Shown: piece after piece, positions 1 to 8,546 of the stretch
Layout: each line of letters opens with the position of its first letter
How positions within the stretch are numbered: the stretch's first letter is position 1
NCBI GenBank assembly: GCA_045592445.1
Contig: JAZNUV010000004.1
Coordinates: forward strand, 1 to 59,429
DNA length: 59,429 bases
Direction of reading: 5' to 3'
Origin: Clostridia bacterium
GTDB taxonomy: Bacteria > Bacillota > Clostridia > UMGS1883 > UMGS1540
Translations under genes and position numbers: made by a program
The notes under the pieces: model-generated
What the model saw: the letters and a program-made list of their open reading frames with translations, nothing else
What the model was told of the DNA's origin: nothing
The model's database searches: none

Positions 1-9
1 ACGCTATCT

Positions 10-22
10 AATTTTCAAAGTC
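10..22 (-). promoter_or_regulatory. boxA-like antitermination element typical of Firmicute rrn leaders
   Basis: Minus strand GACTTTGAAAATT shortly downstream of the proximal promoter; the rRNA gene itself is not in the window. Confidence 0.55.
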
Positions 23-48
23 CGGTCGCTGCCCCGCAGCGGAATTTT

Positions 49-77
49 ATTATATCACGGAGAAAACAAATTGTCAA
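49..77 (-). promoter_or_regulatory. Consensus sigmaA promoter (proximal of a tandem pair) firing off the left edge; probable rRNA operon promoter
   Basis: Minus strand TTGACA (72-77), 17-bp spacer, extended -10 TG-A-TATAAT (49-57); A-tract UP-like sequence upstream. Confidence 0.85.
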
Positions 78-145
78 GCATTTTTTTAACTTTTTTTCTT
101 TTTTCTAAAACGCCGCAAATTCTTTTCTCTCGCGCAACAGGATAT

Positions 146-175
146 ATGTTACCACAACTTGAGGCAGATTGTCAA
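146..175 (-). promoter_or_regulatory. Second (distal) sigmaA promoter of the tandem pair
   Basis: Minus strand TTGACA (170-175), 18-bp spacer, TG-G-TAACAT (146-154); shares an exact 20-bp block with the proximal promoter. Confidence 0.7.
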
Positions 176-354
176 GCATTTTTTTAAATTTTTTTGTTTT
201 TTGTCGTACCGCACACAAAAAATGCCGAAAAACCGAGAAAAATCGCAATTAAAAAGTTTTTGTTTTTTCATCAAAAACGTATGAACGTAAATTTTTATAA
301 AACTATTTTCTTTCTTATAGAAATATGGTATACTTATTTTAGGGAGGGAATTTC

Positions 355-3300
355 ATGCAAAACATTTTACTAACAGCACTTATTTATGTGATTTTAGGAT
401 GTGTCTTTCTGTTTTACAGTCGACAAGAATTATCTTTATTTGAAAAAAAGCATTTCGGATATATTTTATTCCCCTGCATAATCGGATTCATTTTACGCCT
501 TATTTTAGCTTTTACAGAACCCGGATATGCCACGGACATGCAATGCTGGCGCGCGTGGGCAAGCCGCCTTATCACTGTTACACCGCCACATTTTTATACG
601 GATGCATATTTTTGTGATTATCCGCCCGGATACCTTTGGTTTTTACTCCCGCTCGGATGGATTTCTAAGTTTGCAATGTCTCCCGCAATACAAACAATGC
701 TTTTTAAATTACCCGCCATTTTGGCGGATGTATTTTGCGGTTGTCTTTTATATCGTACTTCCCTCCGCCGCGGCGTATCTATGCGTATGTCTTCTGCATT
801 TTTATTTCTCTATCTTTTGAATCCCGCCATTTTTGTAAATTCTGCTGTATGGGGACAGGTTGACAGTATTTTCACATTGTTCTTATGCCTTGCCTTCCTC
901 TTTTTATCCGAGGAAAAATACCCAAAAAGCGCTGTGATGCTTGCTGTTGCTGTAGCTTTTAAACCGCAAGCTCTTTTGGTAAGTCCAATATTTTTAGCTG
1001 TTGCGCTTTCAAAATGTAGAGAACGCGGCTTTGTACGTTTACTGATCAAAACAATCGGCGCAGGTGTTTTGACTTTTGCAATCATTATTTTTCCGTACGG
1101 AATGCTAAAGTCGCCACTTTTTATTTTTAAGCTTTATATAGGTACACTTTCTTCCTATCCGTATGCTTCTCTCAATGCTTTTAATCTTTTTACACTCCTC
1201 GGCGCGAACGGCGTATCTCAAAGTTTGAAATTTGCAGGTCTTACCTATGGTACATGGGGTACTGTGGGAATGTTGTTTTCCATTGTTATAAGCCTTTATT
1301 TGTTTTTGCGCGGAAAAGATAAATCCCGATTTTTCTATGCTGCCGCACTGCTTCTATTTGGTGTCTTTACTTTTGGCGTAAAAATGCATGAACGCTATTT
1401 ATTTCCCGCTCTTGTTCTATTCTTTGCCGCATATCTGTATCGGCGTGACAAACGTATTCTTACGCTTGGCATTATGATGAGTGTCCTCCATTTTATAAAC
1501 GTCGCATACCTGTATGCTTTAAGTCTTACGGGCACCTATTATGCAATGCCTCCAGATGCTGTTGCCTCTATCGTTTCTCTCTTAACTGTGCTTTCGTGTC
1601 TTTATGCCTACGGTCTTGGTTTTTCTTTGTATGCCCCCCTGCCTTCCATAAAGCCATTGTCCGGGAAAGCAGAAAAGTGCATAACGAAGCGTGATGGATT
1701 TGTAATGTGCATCGTTACGGTTTTATATGCAGCACTTGCATTTTATAACCTCGGCAACATCGTCGCCCCTATAACACATGGCAAGAGAGTAAACGTTGCT
1801 GACCTTGGCTCTGTGCAGTACGTGGATACAATGTCTATCTACAAGGGGATTGGCAATTGTACCATAGATGTCGAACTTTCTACTGACGGTATCACATGGT
1901 CTGCTCCGCTTTCTTTAGAAGGTTCAGCTTGTTTTAAGTGGAAAAACTATCCAATTGGTGAAAACACGCGTTTTATACGTCTTACTATCCCTAAATTGGC
2001 AGACTGCGTGTACGAAGCTGCGTTTTGGGATGAAAACAGAACGCGCATTGCACTGCAAAGTGATAGTGCTCTGTTCGACGAGCAATTGCACGCTGAGCAT
2101 GACATCACCTATCAAAACAGTACTTATTTTGATGAAATCTACCACGCACGTACTGCATATGAGCATATCGAGTATATACCACATTACGAGACGACACACC
2201 CGCCACTCGGCAAGCTGATTATTGGTCTCGGTATTCGGATTTTTGGTATGAATCCGTTTGGTTGGCGATTTATGGGAACGCTATTTGGCGTATTGATGCT
2301 GCCGCTTATGTACATTTTTGCCAAACGTCTTTTTAAACACACATTTTTTGCAACTGCCGCCATGCTTTTTTTTGCTTTTGATTTTATGCATTTTTCTCAA
2401 ACGAGAATTGCCACAATTGATAGCTATGGCGTGTTCTTTATTCTCTTATCTTACTACTTTATGTACCGATTTTATTCTGATGCAAATACCCTTCCCATGC
2501 GGCTTGTACACCTTTATCTTTGTTTAAGCGGTATTGCCTTCGGACTTGCAATTGCATCTAAGTGGATTGGCTTTTATACCGGTATCGGACTTTGCATTTT
2601 ATTCTTTATGGCACTATATCGACGTATACGGAAAAAAAATGTAAAAGAATTGTTAATTTGTGGATTTTGCATCTTGTATTTTATTGCAATTCCGTTTATA
2701 ATATATTATATAAGTTATATACCCATTCATATAGCGGATGGGGCGAAAAGCTTTTGGGATAATTTTTGGCGTTACCAAACGCACATGTTCTCTTACCATG
2801 CAAATCTTACGGAACGACATCCCTATGAATCCGCATGGTATACATGGCCGTTTATGATTCGTCCGATTTGGTATTACGGGCAGAAAGAGCTCGCGGCAGA
2901 TGGGCTCGTATCCAGTATTGTTGGTATGGGGAACCCGCTTCTTTGGTGGACTGGGTTTATTGCAATTTTATATTGTCTCCTATACCGCATAAAGAAAAAA
3001 ACGCCTGCTTTTATTACAATTGGTTATTTATCACAATTCGTACCATGGATTTTTATATCCCGCGCCTGTTTTATCTATCATTATTTCGCAAGTGTTCCTT
3101 TTCTGATACTTGCACTTGTATATGCGCTAAAGTGCTTATGTCTCACGTACAAAGGCGGAAAACGCTTCACCATATATCTCCTGATTCTTTGTGGTGTTTT
3201 GTTCTTTGCATTTTATCCCGTTCTGTCGGGTATGGCTTGTCCGCGCAGTTACATGTTTTCATGCCTTAAATGGTTTGATAGCTGGACGCTTGGATATTAA
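355..3300 (+). CDS. Polytopic lipid-carrier-dependent glycosyltransferase: N-terminal GT-C module, central soluble domain, C-terminal PMT-like (protein O-mannosyltransferase) module
   Basis: 981 aa with many TM segments; N-terminal DYPP and WGQVD motifs; C-terminal FDEIYH, HPPLGK and HPYESAWYTWP PMT-type motifs; RBS GGGAGG. Confidence 0.8.
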   Translation: MQNILLTALIYVILGCVFLFYSRQELSLFEKKHFGYILFPCIIGFILRLILAFTEPGYATDMQCWRAWASRLITVTPPHFYTDAYFCDYPPGYLWFLLPLGWISKFAMSPAIQTMLFKLPAILADVFCGCLLYRTSLRRGVSMRMSSAFLFLYLLNPAIFVNSAVWGQVDSIFTLFLCLAFLFLSEEKYPKSAVMLAVAVAFKPQALLVSPIFLAVALSKCRERGFVRLLIKTIGAGVLTFAIIIFPYGMLKSPLFIFKLYIGTLSSYPYASLNAFNLFTLLGANGVSQSLKFAGLTYGTWGTVGMLFSIVISLYLFLRGKDKSRFFYAAALLLFGVFTFGVKMHERYLFPALVLFFAAYLYRRDKRILTLGIMMSVLHFINVAYLYALSLTGTYYAMPPDAVASIVSLLTVLSCLYAYGLGFSLYAPLPSIKPLSGKAEKCITKRDGFVMCIVTVLYAALAFYNLGNIVAPITHGKRVNVADLGSVQYVDTMSIYKGIGNCTIDVELSTDGITWSAPLSLEGSACFKWKNYPIGENTRFIRLTIPKLADCVYEAAFWDENRTRIALQSDSALFDEQLHAEHDITYQNSTYFDEIYHARTAYEHIEYIPHYETTHPPLGKLIIGLGIRIFGMNPFGWRFMGTLFGVLMLPLMYIFAKRLFKHTFFATAAMLFFAFDFMHFSQTRIATIDSYGVFFILLSYYFMYRFYSDANTLPMRLVHLYLCLSGIAFGLAIASKWIGFYTGIGLCILFFMALYRRIRKKNVKELLICGFCILYFIAIPFIIYYISYIPIHIADGAKSFWDNFWRYQTHMFSYHANLTERHPYESAWYTWPFMIRPIWYYGQKELAADGLVSSIVGMGNPLLWWTGFIAILYCLLYRIKKKTPAFITIGYLSQFVPWIFISRACFIYHYFASVPFLILALVYALKCLCLTYKGGKRFTIYLLILCGVLFFAFYPVLSGMACPRSYMFSCLKWFDSWTLGY

Positions 3301-3315
3301 AGAAAGGATTGTCCT

Positions 3316-4251
3316 ATGATTTCGGTAATTGTACCTCTTTATAATGAAGAGGAAGTAATTTTAGAATGCCATCGTCGTCTGACTGCTGTTTTATCGAGTA
3401 TGGATGACACGTATGAGCTTATCTTTATAAATGATGGCAGTCGTGACCGTACTGCTATGCTTGCCGCGGATATCGCCGCACGTGACGAAAAGGTGCGTTT
3501 AATTTGTTTCTCTCGTAATTTCGGGCATCAGATTGCCATTACCGCAGGCATGGATTACGCAAAAGGTGACGCCATGGTTATTATCGACGCAGATTTGCAG
3601 GACCCACCTGAACTGATTCCTAAAATGGTCGAAAAATGGCGCGAGGGCTATGAGGTGGTATATGGCAAACGCATTAAACGACACGGCGAATCATTTTTTA
3701 AAAAAGCAACTGCAAAGATGTTCTATCGTTTTTTAAATCGCATGACAAACATGGAGATTCCGACGGACACGGGCGATTTTCGTCTGATTGACCGCAAGGT
3801 ATGTGACGCTATGAAATCTCTTAGAGAGCAAAACCGTTATGTGCGTGGCCTTGTCAGTTGGGTTGGCTTCCGCCAATATGCGCTCCCCTATGTGAGAGAG
3901 GAACGCTTTGCAGGTAAAACAAAGTATCCGCTTCGTAAAATGTTACGGCTCGCTTCGGACGGTATCTACTCTTTTTCTTATAAGCCGCTTACGTATATTT
4001 CCGTAACAGGCGGGCTAATAGCATTCATCTCTCTTTTGTGTCTTATCGTTGCTCTTTTACAGAGAATTTTCGGTACTGTCGCATGGTCCGCATGGATTTC
4101 CATTCTGGCAATGCAAATGCTTTTAAATGGTATCATTTTAATTGCACTCGGCATTGTAGGCACCTACATCGGCCGTATTTATGAAGATGTAAAAGGTCGT
4201 CCTTTGTACATTGTTCAGGAAACAATCGGTTTTGACGAAAAAAACCAATAA
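3316..4251 (+). CDS. GT2 polyprenol-phosphate glycosyltransferase (GtrB/YkoT/CsbB-like)
   Basis: VIVPLYNEE, DDGS-like NDGSRD, SRNFGHQ, DADLQDPPE and GDFRL motifs; two C-terminal TM helices. Confidence 0.9.
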   Translation: MISVIVPLYNEEEVILECHRRLTAVLSSMDDTYELIFINDGSRDRTAMLAADIAARDEKVRLICFSRNFGHQIAITAGMDYAKGDAMVIIDADLQDPPELIPKMVEKWREGYEVVYGKRIKRHGESFFKKATAKMFYRFLNRMTNMEIPTDTGDFRLIDRKVCDAMKSLREQNRYVRGLVSWVGFRQYALPYVREERFAGKTKYPLRKMLRLASDGIYSFSYKPLTYISVTGGLIAFISLLCLIVALLQRIFGTVAWSAWISILAMQMLLNGIILIALGIVGTYIGRIYEDVKGRPLYIVQETIGFDEKNQ

Positions 4252-4305
4252 CACTTTGTTACCCGCGGGTGGACACCCGTTATCAATATAGAAGGAGTGT
4301 GGCAT

Positions 4306-4830
4306 ATGAAGGTTATTATTACCGGTAGAAAATTTGAAATTACCGAGGATATCAGAAAGTTTACGGAAAAAAAGCTCGGAAAACTGGACAAGTTTTTTAA
4401 CGACGCTGCTGATGCACAAATAACCTTATCTGTGCAAAAGGAACGGCAAACAGCAGAACTCACAATTTTTCAGGGCGGCATGATGTACCGTGCCGAGGAG
4501 ACAACTTCGGATATGTTGGCATCTATTGACCGCGCAGTCGAACTGATTGAACGCCAAATCCGTAAAAATAAAACACGTCTTGAAAAACGTCTGCGCGAAA
4601 ACGCCTTTAGTGTACCAACGGAAAATATTTCTTTTGAGGAAGAATCTGATTTTAAAATTGTGCGCAGCAAAAAGCATGCCATAAAGCCCATGAGTGCGGA
4701 AGAAGCGATTCTGCAAATGAATCTTCTGGGCCATACATTCTTTATTTTCAGAAATGCCGCAACAGAGGAAACAAATATTGTATACAAAAGACGTGACGGG
4801 AACTACGGCTTAATTGAAACAGAAGAATAG
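4306..4830 (+). CDS. hpf: Ribosome hibernation promoting factor (long HPF / RaiA)
   Basis: KLGKLDKFF, DMLASID, RQIRKNKTRL and C-terminal KPMSAEEAILQMNLLGH motifs; start set at ATG 4306 after AAGGAG. Confidence 0.92.
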   Translation: MKVIITGRKFEITEDIRKFTEKKLGKLDKFFNDAADAQITLSVQKERQTAELTIFQGGMMYRAEETTSDMLASIDRAVELIERQIRKNKTRLEKRLRENAFSVPTENISFEEESDFKIVRSKKHAIKPMSAEEAILQMNLLGHTFFIFRNAATEETNIVYKRRDGNYGLIETEE

Positions 4831-4837
4831 AACACAT

Positions 4838-4878
4838 AAAGGGTCGTGGCTTTTGCTACGACCCTTTTCATTTTTTTC
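4838..4878 (+). terminator. Intrinsic terminator after hpf
   Basis: AAAGGGTCGTGGC-TTTT-GCTACGACCCTTT stem followed by T-run. Confidence 0.85.
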
Positions 4879-4929
4879 ACCTTGTATTTTTAGAGAAAAA
4901 AAGGGTATAGTATAATCGAGGTGATAAAA

Positions 4930-5157
4930 ATGTCGAAAAATTACAGAAAGTCAAGACTTTTGGTAGAGGATGCTTATGACGGCATCAACAAATTCAAGCT
5001 GGAGGTTGCAAAAGACATGGGCCGCCTTCAATTTTGCAAAGAAAACAATGACCATTATAAAGGAGACCTTACAGCGCGCCAGAATGGCAGCGAGGGCGGT
5101 CCCATCGGTGGCGAAATGGTGCGGCGCATGATAAAATCGTATGAAGAACAATTATAA
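4930..5157 (+). CDS. Alpha/beta-type small acid-soluble spore protein
   Basis: KFKLEVAKDMG and GDLTARQNGS..GGEMVRRMI SASP signatures; ATG 4930 after GAGGTG. Confidence 0.9.
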   Translation: MSKNYRKSRLLVEDAYDGINKFKLEVAKDMGRLQFCKENNDHYKGDLTARQNGSEGGPIGGEMVRRMIKSYEEQL

Positions 5158-5950
5158 AGAAAAAATTCTTTCATATGCCCGTAGTCTCGGCCTTGATGCA
5201 GTCGGTGTGGCCGCTGACGGGCATACATATTCAAAAATTGTTTGTCTTTTCCCCTATTACGTCGGGCAAAACCAAGAAAGTAATATTTCCATGTATGCGT
5301 ATGCGCCGGACTATCACAAAATTGTGCGCGACTATCTTATCAGGATTGCGGCATATGTTCAGTCTTTGCAGCCGTCCGCCAAAACAGAGCTATATGCAGA
5401 TACGGGACATGGTGATGACAGACGTGCTGCTTTTGAGGCAGGTCTTGGTTTTTATGGAAAAAACGGGCTTCTCATTCATCCACGCTATGGAAGTTTCGTT
5501 TTTATCGGTTATGTTGAAACGGATTTATTGCTTGAGTCTGATGTGCCGTTATCCATGTCGTGTTCAAACTGCGGCAAATGTGCTGAAATCTGCCCCGGGC
5601 AAGCGTTCGAGCAAGGTACTTTTTATGTCACGCGGTGTGCATCACATATTTCGCAAAAGCGTGGCATGCTTACACTCTCCGAAACTGCTATTTTAGAAAA
5701 AAGCGGTCTTATATGGGGCTGTGACGCCTGTCAAACTGTTTGCCCGCATAATCAATTGATTCCAAAAACACCACTTCTCCCCTTTCGCACGAATTTAAGT
5801 TATAAAGTAAAACCGATTCATCTCTCAAACAAAGAATTTAAGACTTCGTTTGGTGATCGCGCGTATGCCTGGCGCGGCAAACAAGTTATCAATCGAAATT
5901 TGGAAATTCTTTCCTCACATAATAAGACGGACGATGACCATAATAAGTAG
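5141..5950 (+). CDS. queG: Epoxyqueuosine reductase QueG-like Fe-S protein
   Basis: YA..DYH, GLGFYGKNGLLI..YGSFVFIG, CSNCGKCAEICP and GCDACQTVCP cluster motifs. Confidence 0.8.
   Translation: MKNNYKEKILSYARSLGLDAVGVAADGHTYSKIVCLFPYYVGQNQESNISMYAYAPDYHKIVRDYLIRIAAYVQSLQPSAKTELYADTGHGDDRRAAFEAGLGFYGKNGLLIHPRYGSFVFIGYVETDLLLESDVPLSMSCSNCGKCAEICPGQAFEQGTFYVTRCASHISQKRGMLTLSETAILEKSGLIWGCDACQTVCPHNQLIPKTPLLPFRTNLSYKVKPIHLSNKEFKTSFGDRAYAWRGKQVINRNLEILSSHNKTDDDHNK
5917..5945 (+). promoter_or_regulatory. Putative forespore sigmaG promoter for the CBS gene, inside the 3' end of queG
   Basis: ACATA-N17-CATAATA resembles the sigmaG consensus GHATR-N17/18-CATAHTA. Confidence 0.5.
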
Positions 5951-5991
5951 CGTGAGGTGCACGTCACAATCCTTCTCGAGGAGCTTTTTTC

Positions 5992-6438
5992 ATGACAATA
6001 CGGGACATTATGACTGACCCTGCCATTGTCGTCAATGAAGATGCATCCGTAGAGGACGCTGCAAAAGTTATGCGCACGCACAACATCGGTTCTGTACCGG
6101 TTGTAAATGAAAACGATGCACTGGTTGGCATCGTGACAGACAGAGATATTGTGATTCGGCACATGGCCAGAGGGCTGGATCCGAAGGCGCATGCCGTAAA
6201 CGAAATCATGACGCGTGATGTTTCTGCTGTGACGCCTGATGCGGAACTTGACGAAGCCGCTTATATCATGGCCAGCGACAAAGTCCGCAGACTTCCCGTA
6301 GTGGAAGACGACAAAGTTGTCGGATTGGTTGCCTTAGGAGACCTTTCTGCCTGTCGTGACTGTATGTTTGAGGCCGCTGAAGCACTTTGTGAAATATCCG
6401 AGGGATGTCACAAAAAACATCCGACGCATAACGATTGA
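5992..6438 (+). CDS. Stand-alone CBS-pair protein (YhcV-like)
   Basis: Two CBS repeats (IGSVPVV..LVGIVTDRDI; VRRLPVV..VVGLVALGDL). Confidence 0.85.
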   Translation: MTIRDIMTDPAIVVNEDASVEDAAKVMRTHNIGSVPVVNENDALVGIVTDRDIVIRHMARGLDPKAHAVNEIMTRDVSAVTPDAELDEAAYIMASDKVRRLPVVEDDKVVGLVALGDLSACRDCMFEAAEALCEISEGCHKKHPTHND

Positions 6439-6575
6439 CAATGCGGGTAAGGAGGCAATTTTTTGCCTCCGCTACATATTTTCTCATCGTGCCCTCGCGG
6501 GCATTTTCATTTATAAAATTTTGCGTCAGCGCAAGTCCAAGCAAATGATTCCTCTATCCAGCCGCTCATGTTTTC

Positions 6576-6660
6576 AAAAAATCTGTCCTTTCCTTGACCG
6601 CAAAGTCAATTTGTGGTATACTATATTATATCAGTATTAAACGGAAAGGACAGATTTTTT
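6576..6660. repeat. Perfect 18-bp inverted repeat flanking the htpG promoter; the right arm is the RBS
   Basis: AAAAAATCTGTCCTTTCC (6576-6593) is the exact reverse complement of GGAAAGGACAGATTTTTT (6643-6660). Confidence 0.9.
6594..6622 (+). promoter_or_regulatory. sigmaA promoter of htpG, enclosed by an 18-bp inverted repeat
   Basis: TTGACC (6594-6599), 17 bp, TG-G-TATACT (6614-6622). Confidence 0.8.
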
Positions 6661-8478
6661 ATGCGTAGCGGTGATATATCGATTAGCACCGAAAATATTT
6701 TTCCTATTATAAAAAAATGGCTTTATTCGGATTGCGACATCTTTTTGCGTGAGCTTGTTTCAAACGGATGTGACGCAATCACAAAGGTTCGCAAGCTTGC
6801 CTCTGTCGGCGAAATTAGTTTGCCGCAAGATGAAGCGTTTGCGGTTGATGTTATTTTGGACAAGGAAAACAAAACTATAACCATTGCCGATAATGGTATC
6901 GGTATGACGGAAGCGGAACTTGAAAAATACATTACACAGATTGCTTTTTCAGGTGCAGAAGAATTTTTGGAAAAATACAAGGATAAAGAGAAAGAGGACG
7001 GCGGTATCATCGGGCATTTCGGCTTAGGTTTTTACTCTGCCTTCATGGTAGCGGAACGCGTTGATATTCATACGCTTTCTTGCCAAGACGGTGCCACAAG
7101 TGTTTTTTGGACCTGTGACGGGGGTATGACCTATGATATTTCTGTCGGCACAAAGGAAGTGCGCGGCAGTGATATCGTACTGCATGTCAGCGAGGAGCAT
7201 GCCGAATTTTTAGAGGAAGCACGTCTTCGCGAAATTTTAGATAAATACTGCGCATTTTTACCCTATCCGATTTACCTCAGTGTGGCGGGTGGAGAAAAGC
7301 CGACCGAGAGCATCAATGACACAAATCCGCTATGGATGAAAAAACCCGCTGATTGCACAGATGAGGAATATAAAGCATTCTATCATAAGGTCTTTATGGA
7401 TGTAAACGACCCGCTTTTTTACATTCACCTTAATGTGGAATATCCGTTCCATTTGCAGGGCATCCTCTACTTCCCCCGCCGCTCCAATGCTTACGAGCCG
7501 CAGGAAGGGCAGATTAAGCTTTATAATAATCAAGTCTTCATTGCGGATAACATCAAGGAAGTTATTCCGGAATTCCTGCTTCTTTTAAAGGGGTGTATTG
7601 ATTGCCCCGACCTCCCGCTTAACGTATCGCGTAGTTTCTTGCAAAATGATGGATACGTTAAAAAGGTTTCGGCACATATTACAAAAAAGGTGGCAGACAA
7701 GCTTACGTCACTTTACAACACAGAACGTGAAAGCTTTAACAGTTACTGGGATGATATTAATCCCTTTATTAAATACGGTTGTCTGCGTGATGAAAAGTTT
7801 TTTGAACGTGTAAAAGATGTTTTAATTTACAAGACAACGAAGAATGCATATCTTACACTTACCGAATATCTTGCAAACGCTGAAACAGAGGGTCATAAAA
7901 ACGAGGTCTACTATGCAACTGATCTTGCATTACAAGGGCAATATATCAGTATGTTTGATCATGAAAATATTTCCGTCGTACACTTGCCCGCTGTTATTGA
8001 CAGTGCATTTATGTCGATGATGGAGGCAAAAAACGAGGGTGTAAAATTCTTACGAATTGACGCTTCTGTTGCGGATGCATTAAAGGGCGGCGATGAAGCC
8101 AATAAAGATGCTTTGATTGCACTTTTCAAAGAAGCCATTGGCGATGAAAAGCTTAAAATCGAAGCTACCGCTTTGAAAGGTGACGACATGCCCGCCGTGG
8201 TAACCATCAGCGAACAATCCCGCCGCATGCAGGAAATGATGCAGATGTACGGCAACGTAATGCCCGGTATGTTCCCCGTCGAGGAAACGCTTGTTTTAAA
8301 TCTTTCGAGCAAGGTGCTGCAAAAAATTGTCGCAAAAGCAGAAAATAAGGACGAGGTTCTGCCACTGTGCCTCGAAATCTATGATATAGCAAGGCTTGCG
8401 CAAAAGCCGCTTGATACCGAATCACTTTCGGCATTTATCAAAAGAAGCGCCCATATTATAGAGATGGCGTTGGATTAA
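6661..8478 (+). CDS. htpG: Molecular chaperone HtpG (Hsp90)
   Basis: FLRELVSNGCDA, DNGIGMT, IGHFGLGFYSAF and DLPLNVSRSFLQ motifs; start at ATG 6661. Confidence 0.95.
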   Translation: MRSGDISISTENIFPIIKKWLYSDCDIFLRELVSNGCDAITKVRKLASVGEISLPQDEAFAVDVILDKENKTITIADNGIGMTEAELEKYITQIAFSGAEEFLEKYKDKEKEDGGIIGHFGLGFYSAFMVAERVDIHTLSCQDGATSVFWTCDGGMTYDISVGTKEVRGSDIVLHVSEEHAEFLEEARLREILDKYCAFLPYPIYLSVAGGEKPTESINDTNPLWMKKPADCTDEEYKAFYHKVFMDVNDPLFYIHLNVEYPFHLQGILYFPRRSNAYEPQEGQIKLYNNQVFIADNIKEVIPEFLLLLKGCIDCPDLPLNVSRSFLQNDGYVKKVSAHITKKVADKLTSLYNTERESFNSYWDDINPFIKYGCLRDEKFFERVKDVLIYKTTKNAYLTLTEYLANAETEGHKNEVYYATDLALQGQYISMFDHENISVVHLPAVIDSAFMSMMEAKNEGVKFLRIDASVADALKGGDEANKDALIALFKEAIGDEKLKIEATALKGDDMPAVVTISEQSRRMQEMMQMYGNVMPGMFPVEETLVLNLSSKVLQKIVAKAENKDEVLPLCLEIYDIARLAQKPLDTESLSAFIKRSAHIIEMALD

Positions 8479-8546
8479 CGTGACGGCAAAAACATTGATT
8501 TATAAGTTTTAATCTTTTCAAATCAATAAAAGGAGGAATTACATTT

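Noticed and set aside
4252-4305. raiA-motif ncRNA upstream of hpf
   Set aside because: The gap is only about 54 nt with one small hairpin, far too short for that RNA.
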